DNA of 63,996 nt, the filler included, from Asterionella formosa (taxonomy: Eukaryota): NCBI GenBank assembly GCA_002256025.1. It is 15 parts of 15 records of this genome, joined end to end, with 100 filler letters (N's around TTAATTAATTAA, not from the genome) between each part and the next. Parts side by side here need not be neighbours in the genome. Positions count along the whole stretch, not along the records: positions 50,846 to 52,218 come from NKIB01002780.1; positions 52,319 to 53,691 come from NKIB01002781.1; positions 53,792 to 55,164 come from NKIB01002782.1; positions 55,265 to 56,643 come from NKIB01002783.1; positions 56,744 to 58,114 come from NKIB01002784.1; positions 58,215 to 59,585 come from NKIB01002785.1; positions 59,686 to 61,056 come from NKIB01002786.1; positions 61,157 to 62,526 come from NKIB01002788.1; 7 more parts are not named here. The stretch is one strand, 5' to 3'. Shown here piece by piece: positions 52,093 to 63,996 of this stretch. The translations under genes and the position numbers were made by a program. The notes under the pieces were generated by a model. It was not told the origin of the DNA. It made no database searches and saw nothing but the letters and a program-made list of their open reading frames with translations. How positions within the stretch are numbered: the stretch's first letter is position 1; every line of letters begins with the position of its first letter.

Positions 52093-52318
52093 CGTGGTAC
52101 TAAAAAAACCATGCATGGTCTAACCTAAACTTTAAGACTTACTTTGAACACGTTATAATATTATCTCTGTAGACTCGGTATTGTTTTTACGAGACCAGAA
52201 TGTTAAATTTGATCGTTCNNNNNNNNNNNNNNNNNNNNNNNNNNNNNNNNNNNNNNNNNNNNTTAATTAATTAANNNNNNNNNNNNNNNNNNNNNNNNNN
52301 NNNNNNNNNNNNNNNNNN

Positions 52319-53565
52319 GATACTTGGCGTATTGCTATTCCTACATCATTATTGGATCCTATTATTAATTGGTATCATCAGATGTTAGCTCATGTGGGTA
52401 TGACAAGATTAAATGCTACAATTGCTACACATTTTTATCACCCTATATTAAAAACAAGAGTGGAACATATTGTAAGAGTATGTGAAGCATGTCAACGTAC
52501 AAAATTACCTGGTACTGGTTTTGGTGAACTTCCACCCAGGAATGCATTATTATTACCATGGTCAGAAGTCGCAGTAGATCTAATTGGTCCATGGAAGATA
52601 ACAGTGGCTGCTCAAACGATTGAATTTCGTGCTCTAACTTGTATTGACACAGTCACCAATTTAGCAGAAATTTCACGTATCATCAATAAAACATCAGAAT
52701 ATATTGCAATGAAATTTGAAAATGATTGGTTAGCCAGATATCCCCGTCCAGAACGTTGTATACATGACAATGGAGGTGAATTTACTGGTGCTCCTTTCTT
52801 ACACATGTTAGTATTGAATGGAATCAAAGATGTGACTACCACAGTAAAGAATCCACAAGCAAATGCTATCTGTGAACGTTTCCATCAATCTATCAGCAAT
52901 AGTCTACGAGTTATGTTAAAGGCTCATCCTCCAATCAATGAATTTCAAGCCCAAAATATTGTGGATACATGTTTTGCAGCTGCGTCATATGCAGCTCGAG
53001 CTACTATTCATAGTATATTACGTATTTCACCAGGAGCATGGGTTTTCCAACGTGATATGATATTAAATATTCCTTTGATTACAGATTTACAATTAATACA
53101 TCAACGTCGACAGGTGATAATTGACGAACGTTTACGTCGTGCAAATTTCCGTCGTCGATCTTATGATTACAAAGTGGGTGACGAGATTTTAATATTATTG
53201 GATAATCCTACTACTTTGGATGATCGTGGACGAGGTCCTTATACTATTATTCAAGTACATGCCAATGGTACAGTTACTTTTCAACGCACTATGCATATTA
53301 CCGAACGAATTAATATTCGTCGTATCAAACCTTTTCATAGGTAAAAGGTTTTCCCTCAAGTGTGGGAGAGTGAGCAATCCTGCACATCGATACAGATATA
53401 TATAGAGTTGGGGTTATGTCAAATATATCGGAATTCAATAATGAGAGAACTCGACTAACACCCATTCTATACTTTGATGTCAGTTCAGGAAATGAGTTAT
53501 ACATTAGGATTAATTAATAAGCTCATATATTCAACAAATACTACTACTTCTAGTTAGATACTTCA
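52319..53565 (+). mobile_element. Ty3/Gypsy 3' end, copy 4 (integrase 52352-53344, LTR 53371-53565)
   Basis: Integrase identical to copy 1; one LTR SNP (ACATTAGG versus ACATAAGG). Confidence 0.95.
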
Positions 53566-53791
53566 CCAGGTACCTGGTACTGTTTTGTATCTGCCTGTTG
53601 GCAGATATGAACTTTTAAAATTGGTTGCCTCGGCCGAGCCGCCCAAATTAAGATGATCTTTCGAAACAGTTCGCTCGTTGGTCATCATTGTNNNNNNNNN
53701 NNNNNNNNNNNNNNNNNNNNNNNNNNNNNNNNNNNTTAATTAATTAANNNNNNNNNNNNNNNNNNNNNNNNNNNNNNNNNNNNNNNNNNNN

Positions 53792-55038
53792 GATACTTGG
53801 CGTATTGCTATTCCTACATCATTATTGGATCCTATTATTAATTGGTATCATCAGATGTTAGCTCATGTGGGTATGACAAGATTAAATGCTACAATTGCTA
53901 CACATTTTTATCACCCTATATTAAAAACAAGAGTGGAACATATTGTAAGAGTATGTGAAGCATGTCAACGTACAAAATTACCTGGTACTGGTTTTGGTGA
54001 ACTTCCACCCAGGAATGCATTATTATTACCATGGTCAGAAGTCGCAGTAGATCTAATTGGTCCATGGAAGATAACAGTGGCTGCTCAAACGATTGAATTT
54101 CGTGCTCTAACTTGTATTGACACAGTCACCAATTTAGCAGAAATTTCACGTATCATCAATAAAACATCAGAATATATTGCAATGAAATTTGAAAATGATT
54201 GGTTAGCCAGATATCCCCGTCCAGAACGTTGTATACATGACAATGGAGGTGAATTTACTGGTGCTCCTTTCTTACACATGTTAGTATTGAATGGAATCAA
54301 AGATGTGACTACCACAGTAAAGAATCCACAAGCAAATGCTATCTGTGAACGTTTCCATCAATCTATCAGCAATAGTCTACGAGTTATGTTAAAGGCTCAT
54401 CCTCCAATCAATGAATTTCAAGCCCAAAATATTGTGGATACATGTTTTGCAGCTGCGTCATATGCAGCTCGAGCTACTATTCATAGTATATTACGTATTT
54501 CACCAGGAGCATGGGTTTTCCAACGTGATATGATATTAAATATTCCTTTGATTACAGATTTACAATTAATACATCAACGTCGACAGGTGATAATTGACGA
54601 ACGTTTACGTCGTGCAAATTTCCGTCGTCGATCTTATGATTACAAAGTGGGTGACGAGATTTTAATATTATTGGATAATCCTACTACTTTGGATGATCGT
54701 GGACGAGGTCCTTATACTATTATTCAAGTACATGCCAATGGTACAGTTACTTTTCAACGCACTATGCATATTACCGAACGAATTAATATTCGTCGTATCA
54801 AACCTTTTCATAGGTAAAAGGTTTTCCCTCAAGTGTGGGAGAGTGAGCAATCCTGCACATCGATACAGATATATATAGAGTTGGGGTTATGTCAAATATA
54901 TCGGAATTCAATAATGAGAGAACTCGACTAACACCCATTCTATACTTTGATGTCAGTTCAGGAAATGAGTTATACATAAGGATTAATTAATAAGCTCATA
55001 TATTCAACAAATACTACTACTTCTAGTTAGATACTTCA
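53792..55038 (+). mobile_element. Ty3/Gypsy 3' end, copy 5 (integrase 53825-54817, LTR 54844-55038)
   Basis: Integrase identical to copy 1; same LTR. Confidence 0.95.
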
Positions 55039-55264
55039 CCAGGTACTTCAAGTGAGAGTCATTGTCATTTCATCTGAAGAAAACCAGGTACAACACCAAT
55101 GGGAATTTTGCGACGACGACGTCACCAGTACCGCACCGGTATTTGGTTTTCGGTGGTTGCGCTCNNNNNNNNNNNNNNNNNNNNNNNNNNNNNNNNNNNN
55201 NNNNNNNNTTAATTAATTAANNNNNNNNNNNNNNNNNNNNNNNNNNNNNNNNNNNNNNNNNNNN

Positions 55265-55668
55265 AGGCAGGGACAATGAGGTCCGGAATGGAAGTTGTTC
55301 TGGTAAGATTACTGCGCTATTTTGACGGCTATATGAGCAACGCTTTTTACACTGACTACTCACACTGATCTTCCTCTACATTCAATTGACATTGCAGCAA
55401 ACCCTTTCAATTCAGGAGCATTCGGATGAAATCCAAAAGAACTCTGCAATACAGTTGAATGGTGAGTGTGTTCTTGTTGTGTACCTAAATGCTAGTATGG
55501 CTTGTCAGCTCAAGCATTGTTGTCGACAACAGGCAGGGACAATGAGGTTTGGAATGAACGTTGTTCTGGAAAGATTACTGCGCTATTTGACGGCTATATG
55601 AGCAACGCTACTGATAACTCACACTGATCTTCCTCTACATTCAATTGACATTGCAGCAAACCCTTTCA
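55265..55668 (+). repeat. Direct repeat of about 140 bp with period 266 bp
   Basis: AGGCAGGGACAATGAGGT...GCAGCAAACCCTTTCA at 55265-55409 and 55531-55668. Confidence 0.9.
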
Positions 55669-55820
55669 GTGCAGGATCATTCGCATGCCATTCGGAATGA
55701 GCAGGCTTTATTTCATTAATGAAACTCTTTAATTTAGTTGAATGAACTCCAGAAAATTACGTAAACAAATGTTACATATTAAGTGAACTTTTTTCTAGAA
55801 TTATGTGAACGAAATTACAG

Positions 55821-56074
55821 AATTACGTGAAGTATTTCAAATAATTATGTGAAGTATTTTCAAATAATTATGTGAAGTATTTCAAATAATTATGTGAAGT
55901 ATTTCAAATAATTATGTGAAGTATTTCAAATAATTATGTAAAGTATTTCAAATAATTATGTAAAGTATTTCAAATAATTATGTGAAGTATTTCAAATAAT
56001 TATGTAAAGTATTTCAAATAATTATGTGAAGTATTTCAAATAATTATGTGAAGTATTTCAAATAATTATGTGAA
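55821..56074 (+). repeat. 22-bp minisatellite, about 11.5 copies
   Basis: Unit AATTATGTRAAGTATTTCAAAT. Confidence 0.95.
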
Positions 56075-56250
56075 GGTGATCACATAATATAGTGATGATC
56101 AGGAATGCATGCATGATACTTTGATCAAATATTTAACGTGATGTATTCAGATAATATATAGATATTTTCAACTACGTATTTTGATGTATTCAACTAATTC
56201 ATGTGATGCATTCAAAATCAACTAGTCTTATTTATGTGATGGTCAGTTCA

Positions 56251-56643
56251 CGTAATACACGGCTTTGATGTGGTCCTCAAACATGTCCTTAATACTGCAA
56301 AACAAATCAATGATTGCAAAGTTCGCCTCTGCGTGAATGGCAGTTTCCAAATCAAAGGAGTAGATTACACTGAATCTTTTGCACCAACCATCTTGGCTAT
56401 GTCTATCAAAGTTTTTCTCGCCATTGTTATATATCTGCATTATGATTTCTACCATCTTGATATTAGCAATTCATTTAAAAATACCCCAGCACCTCCCAAT
56501 GAAGCTGGCAATCGCATTTGGCTCAGAATGTTTCCTGAGTACATCCTATGGTTTTAAACTAGATTCCCTACTGAATATGCGTCAATGACTAAAACACTCC
56601 CGGATAGTAACAAATATCCATGGAAAACTCTTGGAGTCGAAAT
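56251..56643 (+). pseudogene. Ty1/Copia reverse transcriptase (RVT_2) fragment
   Basis: KVRLCVNGSFQIKGVDYTESFAPT...HLDISNSF; in-frame TAA at 56555-56557 with the frame continuing to the contig end. Confidence 0.85.
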
Positions 56644-57790
56644 NNNNNNNNNNNNNNNNNNNNNNNNNNNNNNNNNNNNNNNNNNNNTTAATTAATTAAN
56701 NNNNNNNNNNNNNNNNNNNNNNNNNNNNNNNNNNNNNNNNNNNTACCCGGTAGATTAGTCGTCAGCAATGCAATGAATGCCTGACGACGATGATGGTCTA
56801 TTACTGCCCTACTGGCATTACAGATTATATAGTATCAGCAACATGTGCATTTACAACATGCATCAATACGACAGATTGCATCATTTGCATAATAGGCCGT
56901 CGGCGTCTGTGGTATTTCCTGCGAGTTGCTATGTATCATAGTTAGGATACAAAGGCATGTGACATCATGTGCCGGCACAGATAATATTGGTACTGTGGTA
57001 TTACCAGCTACCCTTGAGTATTATTAAGACGCCCGGATGTACCATACCTGGTACCACGTTTCAAAACTAGATGGCCTCCTCGCGGCTGAAACAGACATGC
57101 TGCCGCAAGGACAATAACATTTGTTGTAGTGAGCAACTTATTTAATGAATCCTAACTGTGATATATGCAGACGCAAAGGTTTTTGGTACATATATGTGTA
57201 GAAATACTAAACAAACCGCAGCAGCTTTTTGTACAAGGGAACTACCGGTATATATTATAGTATGTACAGTGATGGATTTTAGTCATTCTGCCACAGCACA
57301 GGACACTCAGCACAGTTATATGAACAATGTGTAGCCGTGGAAGGTACTGGTACCCTGGTACCAGGAGTACAAGTTACTCCAACCTCTTACCTGGTACCCC
57401 CAGGCACCGTCCTCTGGTTGACAAATGAAGACATAACCACACTGAGACCAAAGGTCAGCAAAACCTGGCCATGCCTCTTTCTTCATAGTACCTGGTACTA
57501 GGTACTGTACATACATCGGTTTACCGCAGGGTATGTACTAATTTAGATAACTCCGCCCTACATATCACATTCAACAGTCGTTGCACTCTGACATAATATA
57601 TGGTCATATATACTCGCCTAATAGCGGACAAATAACACAATTTTTCCTCTTGTTTTCTGTTTGAGTTTTCCTGCCTCAGCTATCATCACTGGAGTGTGTG
57701 TGTGTTTGGTTGTTTGTGTTTGTATTTGATCCCAAACACTACATGATTGCAGGGTATCCTCAGTTAGTTTTAGCAGCTGCCACACGAACG

Positions 57791-58114
57791 ATGAGTGCCG
57801 GGACCAGTGCTGAAACTAGTAGGGATCCTTCGTGCTGGCGTGACAGTGCTACGACTCCAAAAGGTACCACGACTACCGGGAGGAGCTCTTGGGAACACTC
57901 AATCGCTTCCAATTCATCGCGAGACATGTTGCATGACTCCATGACCTTGTCACAAGTCTTTCGTACGTCCGGGAGCTCACGGACAGCAGGTTTCAATAGT
58001 ACCAGTTGCAGTTTGGGCGAACCATCACGAGGACAAGGGTCATTATCATCATCCACGTCTAATGTCCATGCCTATAATGCCCATGCTACTACCGCTGTCC
58101 TCAAGTCGTCAACT
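57791..58114 (+). CDS. Possible 5' part of a Ser/Thr-rich protein gene, truncated by the contig end
   Basis: ATG at 57791, frame open to the gap, coding-like GC content, preceded by a GGTACC cluster at 57343-57510. Confidence 0.4.
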
Positions 58115-58216
58115 NNNNNNNNNNNNNNNNNNNNNNNNNNNNNNNNNNNNNNNNNNNNTTAATTAATTAANNNNNNNNNNNNNNNNNNNNNNNNNNNNNN
58201 NNNNNNNNNNNNNNAC

Positions 58217-58423
58217 AATTCTTTCACTGGCACACTTCCCACAGAGATTGGACTCTTGACAAGTCTCACTGCCATTACTCTGCAGAACAATACATTCACA
58301 GGTTCAGTGCCAGCTGAGATATGGCCTGGACTTAACACAAGCGTCAATACACTAGGATTGAGTAACAATTTATTCAATGGTTCAGTTCCCCCAGATAAAG
58401 GGGACATCTCCTACTACCAATAG
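58217..58423 (+). CDS. C-terminal fragment of a plant-type leucine-rich-repeat protein (absent from the ORF track because it has no start)
   Basis: Manual translation: NSFTGTLPTEIGLLTSLTAITLQNNTFTGSVPAEIWPGLNTSVNTLGLSNNLFNGSVPPDKGDISYYQ*, matching LxxLxLxxNxLxGxIP. Confidence 0.8.
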   Translation, partial: NSFTGTLPTEIGLLTSLTAITLQNNTFTGSVPAEIWPGLNTSVNTLGLSNNLFNGSVPPDKGDISYYQ

Positions 58424-59511
58424 AGGCACATGTGTGATGAACAGAATTAAACAATTTATGTATGACATTACCATATTAGGATTCATGTTTACTTGCGTGA
58501 CTTTTCGACTATGAATATATACATAAAAACATTCATTTTATTTATAATATGGTGAGTTAAAAGCATGAACATAAATCAACAACTCATAGTTAACAAACAA
58601 ATGTACAGCTACGCCGGAGAACACTACAATACCAGTAGATGCGTACATACATACCAGTCCATATGCATTAGAATATTCGTCAACAACCACACACCAAAAC
58701 TGTTAGGGTTAGGGAAAAGGGACGTCATCCCTATAGAGCATCCAGCCCTTCTAGGGCTGGGCATGTAACTTTAGCACAGAGTATGACTAATCCTATAGAT
58801 GGAAACTGTTATGAGAATGAATGTGTTAGTACCGGTTGTTTGTCTTTTGATATCAATATGTAGAAGTGCACTGTGTTGTACTTACCAGAGTGATGGTCAT
58901 GTAAAAATGTTATACATATCTCTTAAGGTAATTCGACTACTGATAAAAAAATTCTCAACCAAGTGATGTGTATTGATATTTTCAACTGCAATTGGCTTTG
59001 GTATTTGGTCGATATGGTGGCGATGCTCTAAGGGAAATCTCTTCATTGTCCTGGGCCCCCCTAAGTAAAATCAGTCAAAATCAGTCACGGCAGTGTACAT
59101 TGGTGGGTCCAGGACAATGAAGTATACGGTATGTATACGTATGAGCAAGGTTCAAACATAAACTGCTATCATATGTCCTTATGTCTTGTACCGGTAGTAT
59201 CATGGTGGTACCAAGGTACCAGTACCACACCCTCAATCACATACCTGGTACCTGGTACCAGACGTGTCCATGGTTGCTTTGTTACGGTCGTTATTTCGTT
59301 ACTCCAGATTTGGAACGTCGCAGTTTTTCGTGCTGATGTACTGATCATGCTATGACACAGGGCGACATCCTGTGTGATACCAATACTTTGCTATCCCCTG
59401 ATACGGGCTTGAACCACCGTGACACCTCCATGCAGTAAATGTGGTCACAAAATATTGGTAAGTACGAATTTTATCTCACTTCGGTATCGGCCTTTCTCTT
59501 TTCGTTTACTC

Positions 59512-59532
59512 GTTGTTGTTGTTGTTGTTGTT

Positions 59533-59585
<53 letters not shown>
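59512..59585 (+). repeat. (GTT)n microsatellite at the contig end
   Basis: About 24 GTT units with one ATT interruption. Confidence 0.97.
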
Positions 59586-60102
59586 NNNNNNNNNNNNNNN
59601 NNNNNNNNNNNNNNNNNNNNNNNNNNNNNTTAATTAATTAANNNNNNNNNNNNNNNNNNNNNNNNNNNNNNNNNNNNNNNNNNNNGATGCTCGATGCTCG
59701 ATGCTCGATGCACGATACAATGACAAGTCTGAATCCTTCCATGAATTCTTCGATTCACTCAAATTGCTGCGCTAACTCCTCCTCCTTGTCCTGTCGACTT
59801 GACAGAAGCTGCTCTGATGCTACCGGTACCTGGTAGTATACCAAAGTCGAATACGCGAGCGTGCGGTCACCCGCGGTCACATCAGCTCTGCAAAAAAGCT
59901 TCCATGAGAGTTCTCGATATTTTGTGTCCACACAATCCACTGTCCATTGTCTGCATCAAAATGGTTCCATTATATTTCCATCATCGGGTAGCGAAGTGTC
60001 CAAGGACTGTGCCTCCTATCAACAACTGTTCAACAAATATGTAATTCAAAGTTGGAACATTGGATGATTTTTGATTTTAATTACGAGATGATTATTTCGT
60101 GA

Positions 60103-60187
60103 GATCAGATCTGATCTGATTTGATCTCATTTCATCTGATTTGATCTCATTTCATCTCATCTGATCTCATCTGATTTCATCTGATTT
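60103..60187 (+). repeat. Degenerate pentamer repeat (SATYT)n
   Basis: GATCT/GATTT/CATCT/CATTT units; complementary (AAATG)n units at 60569-60587. Confidence 0.85.
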
Positions 60188-61156
60188 CTTTTCTTTTCTA
60201 CCCGATCAAAAGCCTATTCGATACTTGTACGCCTGGTCCGGTGTGGCAAGCATGCTCGATTCATTGAACTCTGGAGATTACGTTGACATAAACAAACTCA
60301 TGTCTGGTTGGAAAAGAGCCTTCGGGGATTTTTCCCTCTTATTGAAAACATTTAATTTATACGTTGGTTCCCTGGGAGATCACGGTACGGCGGGTGAGAA
60401 ACTGTTGCCTGTTGCCTGCCACTAAGCCTGTTGGTGCCCAGTTTTTAAATCAGTTACGGTCGCTAAGGTCTTGAATCGCAACAAGTGTTGTTCACTTTAT
60501 TCGTTGTCTAAAACCCTAAAACCCAATGATGATGCTCTCGTTCAAGACTACCGATACCGATACCGATAAAATGAAATGAAATGAAATAACTCCAATCGTT
60601 CTATAGCTTCTATAAGACAAAGTTATTGTCATATCATAACCGAAAAAAAGGTTATGCCTCCTGCTATAATACAAAATAGTCATCCACGAAAAGAAAAGCT
60701 TCATAAGACTTTAGCTCTATAATAATAAATTGTTGTAATTCGCCGCCTCATTTGGTTTGTTAGAACGGTCTACCTGTTGTGAGATGAGACCAGAAGAAGA
60801 CAATTGAACTCGAGGGCGTACCTCCGTAGGGGTTACTGGGTCCCAAACCAGTTGTTACTTGAACGATCGAGTGTGTCTTCTAAGGAAACATTTCACAGCG
60901 AGCAAACCGAACTTGATAGAATTTCATGTTGTTGTTTTTGTTGTTTTGGTAATTTTGGTAGTTTTTGTTCTTCATTCAGTAGTTTTGTTCAGTTCAATTG
61001 GTGCAGACAATACATTTACAAAAACATTCACACTGATATCTTTCATACACACTTGCNNNNNNNNNNNNNNNNNNNNNNNNNNNNNNNNNNNNNNNNNNNN
61101 TTAATTAATTAANNNNNNNNNNNNNNNNNNNNNNNNNNNNNNNNNNNNNNNNNNNN

Positions 61157-61657
61157 CTGCAGACGAGCGGCGTGAGAAAGATCTTGACCGGTCATTCCAG
61201 GGCAGTACTGGAGCGCGCTAGAGTTGCGCCATATATTTCAACATGGTAGCGGGCTCGTTAGTACAAGTGGTACGAGGAAGAACATGAAAACCAGAGGTCG
61301 ACAGTTCGAGTCCATCAGCAAGAACAGAAAGAAAAAGAGAGAAGAGAAAAAAGAAAAACAGAGACGTAGAAAACGAGAAGGCACTATGAGAATTCCTGTA
61401 GGAAAGGATGTGTCGAGCATACACATTAGGATGATGTGGTATGTCGAGCATCAACAGGGGAGGGTGTCAGAGTGTGTCTGTTAGGCTGTTGATGTCGACA
61501 GGTGTCCGAAGACTAGGTAGTCTGAGGAATGTCTAAACGGAAATAGACAGGATTTATATAGCAGAAGAATCTGCAGACGAGCGGCGTGAGAAAGATCTTG
61601 ACCGGTCATTCCAGGGCAGTACTGGAGCGCGCTAGAGTTGCGCCATATATTTCAACA
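61157..61657 (+). mobile_element. TRIM-like miniature non-autonomous LTR retrotransposon
   Basis: 61157-61243 is identical to 61571-61657. The first copy is followed by PBS TGGTAGCGGG (61244). 221-bp non-coding interior, PPT AGGGGAGGG (61456-61464), complete 193-bp TG...CA 3' LTR at 61465-61657. Confidence 0.88.
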
Positions 61658-63464
61658 ACCAGGTACCTGGCACATAAAGTCGTCGCTATGTAGTGCAGTG
61701 GTAGTTAACTAGCACCTTCGACAAAGCTCAGTATATATACTGCCTTGTATAGACTGGGTAATACCATCACCTCTAATAGCTTTGTCATGAAATGAAATCC
61801 CTTGTTGTACCTCCCCAGTTTTCTAGTAATATGCATGTTAACATGCAAACCATGAAACTACTAGGAGATAAAATAGTTAATAACAATTGTGGTACTAAAC
61901 AAGCAATGTAAATACTAAAGACATTGCAAATTTCAAAATTTCAATGAAATTATCTAAACACACAGTAGTAAATGCCCACCAGTGCAACAATCTTTTATCA
62001 GATGCATGAGTATGTATGTCACTGTTTGGTCTTGGGCATATGGCTCATAAATTCGGTCTATTGCTGTGTTTGCAGGAGTAGTATCACCAGCACAAACTAG
62101 CATTGCAACTGTCTCCCACAGAATTTAGCACCAGCAGTAAATAAATTTCAGTCTACTCCTTTCAACCCTTGTAAATAGCCTTTCTGGCTTTTGCCCTCCA
62201 ATCCCAACCTCCCATTCCTGTCAAAGAACAACTAGCATCTTTGGTGTCTTAGCCACTACTATTGTACTAGACTGGATCAACAGCCATTTTACTTTCCAAA
62301 TCGTTTTACTTTGGGTTAAAGTACTGAAAGACTATTTAGGGTTAAGCAAATGATGGAATCTAATTTAATCAAGACAACGTTAAGCAATATTTTTCTTAAA
62401 CTTGGTAGACAAGCATGCACAGTCCTTAATTCATATGTAGATGACTGCATGTGTCACTACAGAAGGAAAGAGATTTACCAGCATTAGTCTACTGGTACTA
62501 TGTTAACAATATGCTGGTAATAACAGNNNNNNNNNNNNNNNNNNNNNNNNNNNNNNNNNNNNNNNNNNNNTTAATTAATTAANNNNNNNNNNNNNNNNNN
62601 NNNNNNNNNNNNNNNNNNNNNNNNNNCCGGTACATTTTTGTCATCTTAACTTTGAGAGAAGGTAAACGTTTTGTCAGCTTTGTTCCAACAGAAGTGAATA
62701 GGTCCAACGAGCGACAAGAGCACTTACGCAATTTGGTTTTGTTTTGTTTTACATTGGTGCTCCCCAACAAGCGAAACGAGCTGTTGAATCAACTGAGAAA
62801 AAAGGAAATGTGGCTGCGTTTAGTTAACAATTTGTTGTTGTCCTGCCTGCCTCCCAACGATTGTCATCCAAGTACCACATTGATGGCTTCATTACCTTAA
62901 ACATTCTCCATCCTTCGAAGGCGCAATGTTTCGAAGTCACAATGTTTTTCGTTATGTATTGCGTAAACTTTCTTTGCTTGTCATGTCCTTTACTACGACG
63001 TATCTTTTCATGAAGCAGCAAGCATTGATTGTTAACGTGACAGAACGATTTGAAAAATATATATGCCATGAATATAGTAATAAAATTTGTAAATATATAT
63101 ATATATAGCGTAATACATTTTATAAAATTCAAAGGCACTCTCGATATGGAACATCTGATATGGTTGAGATGGCCATACTTGCATATACATAATTCGAAAA
63201 TACTCAATGCACTATATGTCCATTGTTTTCCACGACTACGTGTACCGGTATTATCTCTGAAATTTGTTTGCATCGATATTTTCTACGTCCGTCGAAACTA
63301 ATTATTTAGACCGTTCAAATGCCCCTTTTTTGGGCGGGAGCTCTTCATGTGTAACGGTACATCATATGACAATAACAATGTATCATTTATACATACAGGG
63401 TACCAGTAGCAGGTAGTAAGTGATATACTGGGGGTAGTCGGAGTAGTACCGGTAAACTAGCAAC

Positions 63465-63741
63465 AGAACACCATATGTTCAGGACTGTTGCTACTGCAGT
63501 GGGACAGTAAATCATCATAGTTTTAGGATCGTATGATCGTAAAACTAAAAACCAATAGAACACGAAATGTCTATGACTACTGCTATTGCAGCGGGACAGT
63601 AAATCATCATATTTTTCGGATCGTATGATCATAAAACTAAAAACCAATAGAACACCATATATTCAGGATTGTTGCTACTACCGTTGGACAATAAATCATC
63701 ATAGTTCCAGGATTGTATGATCGTAAAACTAAAAACCAATA
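63465..63741 (+). repeat. Tandem repeat of about 92 bp, 3 copies
   Basis: Units AGAACAC...TAAATCATCATA...GTATGATCRTAAAACTAAAAACCAAT. Confidence 0.9.
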
Positions 63742-63996
63742 GTCGGAGTAATAAGCGAGCAACAGAACACCATATGTTCTGGCATACCTACCCGGTAGTT
63801 ATCATAATATTGCTTTTATGAATTTAACTGGCGCGATAATTAGCCAGGCTGACGAGTTACTACCGGTACCTGGTACCAGGTAGTACGTCTACATCTTTTA
63901 TCAGCACCTTTAAGTAGCACCTACGGTTATGGTGGTACTATGTTTTTCCCTATTATTTTCTGTCGCAGCTCCGTAGAGAGGCTGTGAAAGTCAAAG

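Noticed and set aside
49373..55164. Apparent tandem or inverted array of integrase genes with a 1473-bp period
   Set aside because: Assembly artefact. Each copy is a separate 1373-bp contig plus a 100-bp linker, placed together by size sorting. The identical start point and 126-bp flank reflect assembler graph breaks.
55821..56074. 22-bp repeat as a CRISPR array or as multimers of the Gypsy LTR end (shares TGAAGTAT)
   Set aside because: There are no spacers, and the 8-bp AT-rich match is too short to support a relationship.
59419..59637. Poly-Val and poly-Cys ORFs
   Set aside because: These are translations of the GTT microsatellite running into Ns.
44854..62626. Regularly spaced TTAATTAATTAA as a biological repeat or CRISPR-like array
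   Set aside because: Always centred in N44...N44; it is a synthetic six-frame-stop linker.

Overview
Eukaryotic draft-assembly DNA, most likely from a diatom. The evidence is short GT-AG introns, a bipartite ASAFAP-type plastid presequence on EF-G, a DGDG synthase and CoDi-like Copia fragments. The window is not one locus. It holds two scaffolds of about 22.4 kb (1-22378 and 22479-44853) and 13 unplaced contigs of about 1.37 kb, all joined by artificial N44-TTAATTAATTAA-N44 linkers. Host genes include a POR-like SDR, an RNF10-like RING protein, DGDG synthase, an ankyrin protein, mitoribosomal mL53, a GDS/DxxH esterase, plastid EF-G, CK2-beta, prefoldin 5 and hypotheticals, interspersed with DNA transposons (Kolobok-like, PIF/Harbinger, Tc1/pogo-like remnants, MITEs). 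The main result is an apparent sequence-targeted transposition system. A strand-symmetric heptamer, (GGTACCW)n, with variants TACCWGGTA and TACCGGTA, clusters upstream of nearly every host gene and is missing from the short convergent 3' gaps. Five nearly identical Ty3/Gypsy 3' ends from five different loci all abut this motif in the same register (LTR-CA then CCWGGTA). An unrelated TRIM-like mini LTR element and a pogo-like terminus also sit on the motif.
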